A stretch of 64,000 nt of DNA from a virus. Under the pieces are notes generated by a model. That model saw only the letters and a program-made list of their open reading frames with translations, did not search any database and was not told the DNA's origin. Below, in pieces: positions 45,732 through 54,000 of the stretch (within the stretch, counting starts at the first letter, position 1; each line of letters opens with the position of its first letter). The DNA is taken from the IMG/VR virus record IMGVR_UViG_3300045988_132725. One strand, 5' to 3'. Position numbers and translations under genes: made by a program.

Positions 45732-47670
45732 ACAACAAATCTACGATAAAATAGTAGGAGCAAACAAGGAGTACCGGCAAGGTACTCCTATCATGTCAGA
45801 CCTTACCTATGACGTATTGGTTGACGAACTAAGATTCATCAATCCGGATCATGAGTGGTTTAAAAAGGTGGAACCGGGGATGGATATTGCGGGTCGGAAA
45901 GTAAAACTACCGTTCCCGATGAGATCGTTGGATAAAGTGAAGACTTTTGAGGAGCTATGTCTGTGGTTTGGTAAAGTCGGCATAGGACCAAATGACGATG
46001 TGGTTATCACTCCAAAATATGATGGTATTAGCTTGTTATGTAATGAGAATGACTGGATGACATATTCCAGAGGTGGTAGCGACAATGAAGGGATGGACTG
46101 TAAGCGACATATGGATCTAATGTCCTCTGTATGGCATCATGACAATGCTCCTGTTGAATATACCTTTGGCGAGGCTATTATCCCAAAATCAATATGGAAA
46201 GATAATTTCGAAGGTAAGATAAATCCATTGAACGGTCAACCATATAAATCTGCTAGGAACACTGTGGCTGGGTTATTTAGGCGGGACGATCCACCCTCAG
46301 AATTACTTAAACACGTATATTTTATGCGCTATGGAGCTTTTGGGGAAGGGGTTGATAATTTTGATAGCTATATGGATCTCCTTAACCACATGGAAGCATC
46401 ATTTGTTTATGTGGCAGGAAGATACCATACATTTGCCAGTTTTTTGGATACCTTGTTTCTTAAAGAGTTATTTGATGATTGGAGTCAAGATTTCGCTATT
46501 GACGGTCTTGTTATCTACGTGAACGATATGAGACGCTGGAAAGAGATTGGCCGTCACTCATCAACGGGTAATCCTCAGTGGGCAATTGCCTATAAGCCGG
46601 AGGAGTTTACGGGCGCTGAGATCACCACTGTTCAATCCGTCAATTGTAAGGTGTCTAAATCCGGATGTCTAAAACCTACCGTGGCTGTTGACGCTGTAGA
46701 GCTGGAAGGAGCCACTATCGATAACCCTACAGGATATAACGCTAAGTTCTGTTTCGACAAAGGTATTGGCGTTGGAGCTGAGATAAGAATAATCAGGTCT
46801 GGGATGGTTATACCAAAAATCCAAGACGTAATTTGCCCTGTATCCAATGATGTCGTGGAGAAGGCTTTTAAATTCTGTCCTTCATGTGGAAAGGAAACGG
46901 TCTGGAATAATTCCTTGGTTGAGCGTATGTGTCCAGACCCGCTTTGTCCCGGAAGATTATTAGCTAAGTTGATTTACTTCTGCGAGAAGTTGGAGTATGA
47001 TGAGATAGGAGAGGAAACCTTGAAGGCGATCTTTAACTCCGGGATCGAGTCTCCGGGAGATCTTCTTCATACGGATCTTTCAACGCTACAGAAGATAGAT
47101 GGCATTGGTTACGATACCGCTAGCAAGATCATAGAGAAGAACCGAGGCATTTTTGATGATGGTGTTTCTCTCCCTAAGTTAATGGAAGCATCCGATTGTT
47201 TTGATGGAATAGGAGAGAAGAAGGCAACAATCTTATTGTCTAATGTAGATAATGTGACCTTGAGGTTATGGATCTCTGGAGAATTAACATTGGCTGGATA
47301 CTTAGTGATGACAAAAATCATGTCTATGACAAAAGGGGTAGGCGATAAGATGCTAGATGAGTTCTCGAACAAGTGTCAAGGTTTTGTTGAGTGGGTGAGG
47401 GGGAACGAGATCCCTATTGCTTGGGAGAAAGATGAGCCTTTGGGAACATCATTATCCGGAGTGAAGATTTGTTTTACCGGTATCCGAGACAAACAGCTAG
47501 AAGCGAAGATCACGAAAGCTGGTGGTACTGTGTCTGGATCGGTTAGTAAAAATACCACTTATCTGGTTGCTGACGATGTAAATTCCAACTCAAGCAAGGC
47601 TGATAAAGCTCGATCGTTAGGGATACCAATAATATCGATTTGTGAACTAAATGAAAAAGTAAACTTATAG
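45718..47670 (+). CDS. ligA: NAD-dependent DNA ligase
   Basis: 650 aa. Adenylation motif TPKYDGISL, Zn finger CPSCGKE...CPDPLCPGR, and C-terminal BRCT (KICFTGIRDK...YLVADD..SSKADKARSLGIPII). Confidence 0.9.
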   Translation: MNNIEQQIYDKIVGANKEYRQGTPIMSDLTYDVLVDELRFINPDHEWFKKVEPGMDIAGRKVKLPFPMRSLDKVKTFEELCLWFGKVGIGPNDDVVITPKYDGISLLCNENDWMTYSRGGSDNEGMDCKRHMDLMSSVWHHDNAPVEYTFGEAIIPKSIWKDNFEGKINPLNGQPYKSARNTVAGLFRRDDPPSELLKHVYFMRYGAFGEGVDNFDSYMDLLNHMEASFVYVAGRYHTFASFLDTLFLKELFDDWSQDFAIDGLVIYVNDMRRWKEIGRHSSTGNPQWAIAYKPEEFTGAEITTVQSVNCKVSKSGCLKPTVAVDAVELEGATIDNPTGYNAKFCFDKGIGVGAEIRIIRSGMVIPKIQDVICPVSNDVVEKAFKFCPSCGKETVWNNSLVERMCPDPLCPGRLLAKLIYFCEKLEYDEIGEETLKAIFNSGIESPGDLLHTDLSTLQKIDGIGYDTASKIIEKNRGIFDDGVSLPKLMEASDCFDGIGEKKATILLSNVDNVTLRLWISGELTLAGYLVMTKIMSMTKGVGDKMLDEFSNKCQGFVEWVRGNEIPIAWEKDEPLGTSLSGVKICFTGIRDKQLEAKITKAGGTVSGSVSKNTTYLVADDVNSNSSKADKARSLGIPIISICELNEKVNL

Positions 47671-47702
47671 ATATTAATTGAGTGTTTTAGAATGTAAAAA
47701 TG

Positions 47703-47740
47703 CAGTGTATGAATCATAAGATTTTGATACACTGTGTTTT
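47703..47740 (+). terminator. Intrinsic terminator after ligA
   Basis: Stem CAGTGTAT / ATACACTG (47703-47710 / 47727-47734), followed by tgtttt. Confidence 0.55.
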
Positions 47741-47753
47741 ATGGTTGAAAAAT

Positions 47754-47785
47754 TTTGTTTGTTATATAAGTAATACATACCTTCG
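47754..47785 (+). promoter_or_regulatory. Host-type promoter (TTTG -33, TACCTTCG -7)
   Basis: TTTG at 47754-47757 and a -7-like TACCTTCG at 47778-47785, spaced 20 nt, upstream of the recombinase-like pair. Confidence 0.45.
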
Positions 47786-47816
47786 CATCAGAATGAAACA
47801 AAAATAGATTGAAATT

Positions 47817-48413
47817 ATGGCAAAGAAAGGTGTATTGACAACAGCGGATTATCTTCCATTTAAGGAGTATAAGGAAACAATGTCCAAACTTCATCGTGAT
47901 GGCTATTATCGTGATGAGCTTTATTTTATTCTAGCGTATACAACAGCTCTTCGTGTATCGGATTTACGCATGTTAAAATGGGAAGACGTGTTAAATAAGA
48001 CATGTTTGGTCGTTACCGAGAAGAAAACTAAGAAGACCAGACCTATACCATTCAATGATGAGTTTAGAAAAATCGTGTCTGAGCTGTATGAATTATTAGG
48101 ACATCCATACAAGGGTTGGTACATTTTTGAAGGGAACAAGCAACAACCTATGAGTATCCAACATATCAACCGTAGGCTGAAAGATATCAAGGAGAGATAT
48201 GACTTATCCATTGAGAATTTCTCTACCCATACGTTTAGGAAAACATTTGGGCGTAATTACTATGAGACGAGAGGAAAAACAGAGGAGGCCCTTATCCAGC
48301 TGCAAAAGGTATTTAATCATTCCAATGTAGGTATCACTTATGTATATATCGGCATTAGAAATGACGAGATCAACGACTTTTACAAAAACATTAAATATAG
48401 AGACGATGATTGA
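47817..48413 (+). CDS. Short tyrosine recombinase (catalytic domain only)
   Basis: 198 aa. TALRVSDLRMLKWEDV (Arg), HTFRKTFG (H-x-x-R) and NHSNVGITYVY (His, Tyr). No N-terminal core-binding domain. Confidence 0.7.
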   Translation: MAKKGVLTTADYLPFKEYKETMSKLHRDGYYRDELYFILAYTTALRVSDLRMLKWEDVLNKTCLVVTEKKTKKTRPIPFNDEFRKIVSELYELLGHPYKGWYIFEGNKQQPMSIQHINRRLKDIKERYDLSIENFSTHTFRKTFGRNYYETRGKTEEALIQLQKVFNHSNVGITYVYIGIRNDEINDFYKNIKYRDDD

Positions 48414-49008
48414 TTTAAAAAAGAACAAGGGAAACTACCTAACGTACGATGAATATAGAATTACGCTGGATAGGTTAAGGATGGATCGTATGTGCATTGA
48501 GGAGTTATTTTTCGTGCTGGCTTTCTACACGGGATTAAAACTGTCAGATCTACTTTCCCTCAAATGGAGTGATGTTTTGGACAAGGATGAATTCATATGG
48601 ATCAAAACCAATCCGTGCAAGAGGACATTTGCGTTATCGTGGAAAGGACAGGATGTGCGTTCCCGATTGTCATATTTACATGAAGAACTTGGCTCTCCGG
48701 AAAAGGATCGATATGTATTTGAGACGAAAACAGGAAGACATTGTCATAACTCGTTTATTGATGAGTTACTGAAAAGGGTAAGAGATAAATATGATTTACC
48801 GGTAAAGCCTCTATACGCAAGCAGCTTTAGATTAACCTTTTGCCATCATATATATGAGACCGAAGAAAGAAAAGTAAAGGCTATCGCCTTCTTGGATTCA
48901 TATGTTAGCGGTAAAACTGTTGACATAGCCACTAATGGAAGACATATCCCTAGCGAGGAGATAGAAGATGCTTTAAAATCAATGAATATAAAATATAGAA
49001 ATGACTAA
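48406..49008 (+). CDS. Degenerate tyrosine-recombinase-like paralog
   Basis: Start trimmed to ATG 48406 (an ATGA-type overlap with the upstream stop). TGLKLSDLLSLKWSDV has Lys in place of the catalytic Arg. SSFRLTFC has Ser in place of His. Confidence 0.55.
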   Translation: MIDLKKNKGNYLTYDEYRITLDRLRMDRMCIEELFFVLAFYTGLKLSDLLSLKWSDVLDKDEFIWIKTNPCKRTFALSWKGQDVRSRLSYLHEELGSPEKDRYVFETKTGRHCHNSFIDELLKRVRDKYDLPVKPLYASSFRLTFCHHIYETEERKVKAIAFLDSYVSGKTVDIATNGRHIPSEEIEDALKSMNIKYRND

Positions 49009-49288
49009 AGAAGAGTACTATCAAGTTTTAAAGGATCTGGAGGAATTCTATGATCAAAAGAGAACTGAGTTAATGAAAGATTATGCCAGATCCAATTGCC
49101 CTTACAGTGTAGGAGATATCTTGAAGGATCATATGGGAATAATTAGAGTTGAGCGTATTGAATGCTATTTGACAGATCCTCCACAATGTATGTTTTATGG
49201 AACTGAGCTAACTATTAAGTTGGTTCCAAATAAAAAGAACACAAAGAGAGAAATGTATCAGACAAATGTTATAGAGAAAGTAAGATGA
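49001..49288 (+). CDS. Hypothetical protein
   Basis: 95-aa ORF coupled to the upstream gene. Confidence 0.4.
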   Translation: MTKEEYYQVLKDLEEFYDQKRTELMKDYARSNCPYSVGDILKDHMGIIRVERIECYLTDPPQCMFYGTELTIKLVPNKKNTKREMYQTNVIEKVR

Positions 49289-49298
49289 GAACATTGTT

Positions 49299-50126
49299 AT
49301 GGGAACGATGATTGACAAAATGGAAGATCCCGATTTCTCTCGGATCATTAAAGTTAGAGAGGAAAATGATAAGCAGTTGGTGTCTGCGAGAGAGTTGTAT
49401 GAATTTATAGATGGCAAGGAACGATTCACTAGATGGATCGGACGCATGTTTGAGTATGGTTTTGTGGAACATGTTGATTATGAGGCGGTGAACATTTTCG
49501 TACAGTGCCAAAACGGTATTGGTGGTACCAATAAGATGGATTATGCTCTGACAATTGATTGCGCCAAGCAAATAGCGATGCTTCAAAGAAACGCACAAGG
49601 ACAACAAGTAAGAGCGTATTTTATTAAATGTGAAGAGTTACTAAAGGAGAAGTTGAAGAAACAAGAGCTTGTTCTTCCGAAAGATTATCCTTCGGCGTTA
49701 AGAGCCTTGGCCGATGCTGAGGAAGAGAAAATGAAGGCGCTGGAGATAGCAAAGGAAAATGAGCTGAAGGTGAAGGAGCGTGACAAGTATATCAAGTCTA
49801 ACCATCACAAGGTCGATTTCTATGATGATTGCGTATATGAGGATGATGAGACCACTTACGACATGAATGGAGCGGCAAAGATCGTAATGGCCAAATATAA
49901 CAAGGGAAGAAACACGATGATGGATATTCTCAGATTCTACGGGGTATTGATGCAGGACAATCTTCCTTACGAGAAATATATAAGATCCGGCTATTTTACC
50001 GTTAAGATCACGAAACCAAAAGATAAGTTCGGGAACCCTAAGACTTGTAAGTCTACTATCGTGACAAGTAAAGGTGTTACGTTCCTGAAGAAGACGATAG
50101 ACAAATACTATAGTGAGTTCTCGTAA
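49299..50126 (+). CDS. AntA/AntB-type antirepressor with KilAC-like C-terminus
   Basis: 275 aa. QLVSARELYEFIDGKERFTRWIGRMFEYGFVEHVDYEAV is the AntA pattern. Confidence 0.7.
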   Translation: MGTMIDKMEDPDFSRIIKVREENDKQLVSARELYEFIDGKERFTRWIGRMFEYGFVEHVDYEAVNIFVQCQNGIGGTNKMDYALTIDCAKQIAMLQRNAQGQQVRAYFIKCEELLKEKLKKQELVLPKDYPSALRALADAEEEKMKALEIAKENELKVKERDKYIKSNHHKVDFYDDCVYEDDETTYDMNGAAKIVMAKYNKGRNTMMDILRFYGVLMQDNLPYEKYIRSGYFTVKITKPKDKFGNPKTCKSTIVTSKGVTFLKKTIDKYYSEFS

Positions 50127-50134
50127 AAAAATAA

Positions 50135-50170
50135 GCCCCATCTACTTGCTAGCGGATGGGGCTTTCTTGT
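50135..50170 (+). terminator. Intrinsic terminator ending the rightward operon
   Basis: Stem GCCCCATC / GATGGGGC (50135-50142 / 50155-50162), followed by TTTCTTGT. Confidence 0.75.
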
Positions 50171-50256
50171 GGATTTATGTGAAGTAAAGTCTAACTATTG
50201 CAAATGAGGCTTTTATATTAGTTCTTGAATGTATAAAAAGAAATGTTCTAGCAGAA

Positions 50257-51375
50257 TCAATCTTTTTCAGGCTTGATATGCTCTGATGGGTCAAGAGATC
50301 TTAACTTAAGTAAAAAACTAAAATGTTCTTCTAATTCTTTACTTTTTTTTGTGTCTTCTATTTTAAATTTTTCGGTTGATTCTTTAAATTTCTTTATTGA
50401 TTTTGTGATTTCTCTTCTAAAACGAAGTAATGGAACAAATAAAGGGAAAAATAGTCCGCTAAAGATAGCAAAAGATATAGACGATATTAGAGCAAAAGTT
50501 TCATTGAAAATAAGTTCTTTGTCTAATAATACATTATATAAGATGGAAAGTATCGATATTGATAATAAAATCAGTGTAAAATGAATCAAATTGAAGTAAT
50601 GAGTAAATATACTAGCTCCTTTCTTTTTAAATTTAAAAATAGCTCCTATAGCCAAGACAATAATGGCTAATACATAAACAATTGTCATAGACCATGATCC
50701 TAAAAAAGGTAATAATCCAATAACAAAAGTAGATAATATTAAAGAAAAGAGTATTTTAATACAAGTCGTAAGTTTAAATTCATATAATATATCGCCATTG
50801 GAAGGATTTCTTTCCTTTATAGAAATCCAATAATAACTCCATATATATAACCAATATATAAAAGATGTAATAGAAACTAAACTTACTGTATCAATGCACC
50901 ATTTTATAGCCCCCCAAAAACAATCAAATATAAAAATAAATATACAAAATAAAAATGAATAAAAGAAAGAAGACAAAAATTCAGGTGCTTGGGTTATATT
51001 TTTGTATAAATTATCAACATTATCCCTTAAAGTAAAATAACTTGTTTGATATTCAACAGTTAAGAACTGTAGCTCGTTTACCAAGCTAAGCATTTCTTGT
51101 TTACGTGGATTATTTTCTTCTTTTGATTTAGCAATAGCACTATAGAGAACTTTATAATTACGCTTTTTTAAAACATCTACAAAATTATCCCCTTCTCTGC
51201 TTAAAAACGCTTTAGTCCGTTTGCAAATAATTAACAATAAATTTTGTATAAAATTATTGCTGTTTTTCTCGATGTTGTCAGATCCAAAAAAACATAAAAC
51301 AGCTAAAGTCATTATTGAACCTAAAAAAGTTGCACTATTTCCACTAAGAAAAGTGCATAATAGTACTAGAAGCAT
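50257..51375 (-). CDS. Multi-pass membrane protein (about 7-8 TM), candidate effector
   Basis: 372 aa, very A+T-rich. Has hydrophobic helices (FLSSFFYSFLFCIFIFIF, IVYVLAIIVLAIGAIF and others) and a charged C-terminal tail. Confidence 0.6.
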   Translation of the reverse strand: MLLVLLCTFLSGNSATFLGSIMTLAVLCFFGSDNIEKNSNNFIQNLLLIICKRTKAFLSREGDNFVDVLKKRNYKVLYSAIAKSKEENNPRKQEMLSLVNELQFLTVEYQTSYFTLRDNVDNLYKNITQAPEFLSSFFYSFLFCIFIFIFDCFWGAIKWCIDTVSLVSITSFIYWLYIWSYYWISIKERNPSNGDILYEFKLTTCIKILFSLILSTFVIGLLPFLGSWSMTIVYVLAIIVLAIGAIFKFKKKGASIFTHYFNLIHFTLILLSISILSILYNVLLDKELIFNETFALISSISFAIFSGLFFPLFVPLLRFRREITKSIKKFKESTEKFKIEDTKKSKELEEHFSFLLKLRSLDPSEHIKPEKD

Positions 51376-51378
51376 GTC

Positions 51379-51939
51379 TCAATTAATGATTTTGTGTGAT
51401 GAAAGTAAAAGGCTTTGAAACTGTTTCTTTAATGCTTCAGTGTTTTTAGTGTCATTAAAATTTGCGAAAGCAGAATGTTCTTCTGCTCCTAATTCTCTTC
51501 TATATTTATTGTCATCACCGATTGAAAAATGAAATTCAGGTTTTAGTTCGCTGTCTAGTTTATAAACTAGAACCTGCCCTTCAGCTATTTTATCCTTTAT
51601 TAAAGGACTAATATTTGTTGCTAAGTCTTCTATAAAGCTATGTTCTTTTTTTTCTAAAATAATGGAAAGTTTTCCTCCTCTATTTAAAAAATGAGTAATT
51701 TGGTCGTATAGTGGCTGCATAGGGTTATAATCCCCTTCTGTAACTTCTTTATCTACTTTTTCAGCAAAACTAGTTCTGAAGAGAGAACCTTCACCGCAAA
51801 GCATATCGATTTCATTGGAGTGCCTAAAAATCTCTTTCATTATTATAGCATTATGTGATCTGTCAGCATTCCACATTAATTCATTTCTTTTGCTGTTTGC
51901 AATAGTCTCTATCTCGACATTATACTCTACTAGACTCAT
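51379..51939 (-). CDS. Cytosolic protein with possible PLD/Nuc-like fold lacking the motif Lys
   Basis: 186 aa. The order of blocks AIIMKEIFRHSNEIDMLCG, LNRGGKLSIILEKKE and FHFSIGDDNKYRRE..AFANFND parallels Nuc-type PLD domains (HxK..D..GS.N), but reads HFS rather than HxK. Confidence 0.3.
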   Translation of the reverse strand: MSLVEYNVEIETIANSKRNELMWNADRSHNAIIMKEIFRHSNEIDMLCGEGSLFRTSFAEKVDKEVTEGDYNPMQPLYDQITHFLNRGGKLSIILEKKEHSFIEDLATNISPLIKDKIAEGQVLVYKLDSELKPEFHFSIGDDNKYRRELGAEEHSAFANFNDTKNTEALKKQFQSLLLSSHKIIN

Positions 51940-51959
51940 TTTCTCTAAGTTTGGACGTG

Positions 51960-51967
51960 CAAATTTA
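51960..51967 (-). promoter_or_regulatory. Host-type -7 box TAAATTTG
   Basis: Plus-strand caaattta, 21 nt upstream of the ATG at 51939. An ATTGCA-N8-ATTGCA repeat lies just upstream. Confidence 0.5.
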
Positions 51968-51989
51968 AATAAATAATTTGATATTGCAA

Positions 51990-53117
51990 TCTCTACATTG
52001 CATTAAAATCAAAATACATTGGGAGTTATCTTGGTTTTTTTATGTTCTTGGGCATAATTTGTTTTTGTTAAGAATATGGCTTCGCCTTTACCCCTCCGAT
52101 AACATCCCTCAGCAACGTAGTTGAAGCTTAACTATAACTACTACCTTATATGACATATACAGTATATACTACTGTTACTATATAAGGTAATACCTATTTA
52201 CAGGATATTACAAGATTGGTTCGATATGGGTTGATACAAGCTTCTTACCTAAAACTACGGCGATAAGAGGACTTGGTTGACTAATCTAGATATCAATCAC
52301 CATATCCGAGCATTCTACGACACTTCCGCCCCTCCACCTATGTAAGCAACTTCGTTCATAAAAGGATAACCGTTCTGTTGGCCAAGTAGTAGGGAACTCT
52401 TGTATGCTACTCGTTTTAAACAGATCGGCGGCGCTTGGTCTCCTTTCCTCCATGGATAAACCAGAATAGGAACAGCGAGATTGCAAACGTCAGAGCCTTG
52501 GTTGACCTGTTTCCAATTACTAGGATACGTCCAGTTACGGATGCGAATCATAGGATTTTTATTTGTCTTCGGTCACTCGTTTACCGGCTCTCGGTTGATG
52601 TTATCGGAGTTCGGGTTGTCAGGCGTAAGACATAGCCCTAGATTATACCACCGATAAACGAGCGTTCGTAAATACTCGATCTTTTTGTTAGATTTTTGTC
52701 AATCTGGGAGAAGAGAGGCACGACATTGCAGCCTTGTCTTAAAAACTCCCGTAAGGTTTGTTTTATATTCTCCAGCATCCCTCAACGCAGGAGAAGTAGA
52801 ACGGTTATTTATTCCCGGATACTAATTTTTCTGACTCGAATCTACATCAAGTTTCTGTCTGCCAATAGCTGTATCAAAGCTGGGATAAGGAACAAGATCC
52901 TCTAACTCATCCCGGAAAGCATTAATAAATGCCGATTGAGGATATTTCCGCTATTGTATCGTCACCAAGGTATAACTATCGACCAACCGGTTAGGATTGA
53001 CCCACATGATAGACATGGAGCAATGGGATAGGGTACAAAGCGTCCAGACCTTCGGATTTGAAGGTTTTATATAAGAATAGGCTGATTTGATCAAAAAGGG
53101 TTTGTGGTTGTTTGATA
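51990..53117 (-). other. ORF-free tract B (candidate long ncRNA or decayed gene)
   Basis: About 1.1 kb with only 66-78-aa ORFs on either strand. A structural-gene box sits at 53064-53081 with no ATG after it. A 10-bp inverted repeat lies at 52142-52189. Confidence 0.4.
53064..53081 (-). promoter_or_regulatory. Structural-gene box (minus sense CCTATTCTTATATAAAAC)
   Basis: Shares a 16-mer with 9578-9593. Flanks are also similar (GAAGG on one side, AAAAGG(G)TTTG on the other). Confidence 0.4.
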
Positions 53118-53687
53118 TTAATTCGTTACGGAAACAATAATACCTACTGCTTCCATATCACTTATAGTTTGCCTAGCTTCATCTAGCGTACTTCCATGAT
53201 ATAAGTGATCTGCAATGATATTTAATTTAAAAGATATGCCTCTATGTCCATTACTTATAAAGTCAATAAGAGCTTGACCACAAGCAGGACATGGGCTTTT
53301 AGATACTCTCATAATTAACGATAAAGTTCCGCTGGCATCAGTACCTTCATCGTCAATGGAATGATCTATAAATGATTGAATGCCAGCTATTGCCTCCGTT
53401 TCTGCATGGACTCCATCTTCACTTATGCCTGTGCCTATTACAACTTCATTGCCATCATCTTCATTTATAAAGGAAACCTGAGCATAAGTAGTATATCCTG
53501 TACTTGATGATTCTTCTGTTGTGATGAGTCTATTGTAAATAAAATCGCCTTGAATACAATCTCCATTGATCCCGGAAATTAAATTATACTGTCGTGTGGC
53601 AGACTCCCTATTATCCATTTGGTATTTGGGATGATTTGTATTGTTTGGAGAAAGTCTGCTTATTGCATTTTCTTGGTATGAATACAT
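53118..53687 (-). CDS. Zinc-dependent deaminase, AID/APOBEC-like
   Basis: 189 aa. Has VHAETEAI ... SKSPCPACGQALIDFISNGHRGISFKLNIIADHLYHG. The H-A-E and P-C-x-x-C motifs are 35 residues apart. The post-PCxxC helix-strand pattern resembles APOBEC (SPCxxCA..l..FIs....l.I...r.Y). Confidence 0.7.
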   Translation of the reverse strand: MYSYQENAISRLSPNNTNHPKYQMDNRESATRQYNLISGINGDCIQGDFIYNRLITTEESSSTGYTTYAQVSFINEDDGNEVVIGTGISEDGVHAETEAIAGIQSFIDHSIDDEGTDASGTLSLIMRVSKSPCPACGQALIDFISNGHRGISFKLNIIADHLYHGSTLDEARQTISDMEAVGIIVSVTN

Positions 53688-53703
53688 TTGGTTCGTTTTA
53701 AAT

Positions 53704-53982
53704 TTATGGATTATTCTTCTCTCCTCGCCCCTCTTCTCTTCTCACCAGTTTCCCGTCACTTCCAGCCAAGAACTTCTCGCTGATGCCTTGCTTCTCTGAT
53801 TTAATGGGAATGGTAACTATGTTGGTTTGTCTTCTGGCGAATATCGGAGCTACTTGGTAAAGAATCTCTATCGCCTCATCCATTGACAGGTAATAATTAC
53901 CAGCGTATAGACCGAAGAAGTGACCTTGATCTCCTCTTGATATCTTGTGGTAATAGTTCCTCTGTAAGGCAATATTTCCCAT
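53704..53982 (-). CDS. Small protein co-transcribed with the deaminase
   Basis: 92-aa ORF 17 nt upstream of the deaminase gene. No recognisable domain. Confidence 0.45.
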   Translation of the reverse strand: MGNIALQRNYYHKISRGDQGHFFGLYAGNYYLSMDEAIEILYQVAPIFARRQTNIVTIPIKSEKQGISEKFLAGSDGKLVRREEGRGEKNNP

Positions 53983-54000
53983 CGAGCGATTAGTTTACCG

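Noticed and set aside
52286-52635. Short ORFs within tract B (66-78 aa, both strands).
   Set aside because: The same reasoning as for tract A applies: they overlap mutually in different frames or strands and show no protein-like pattern.
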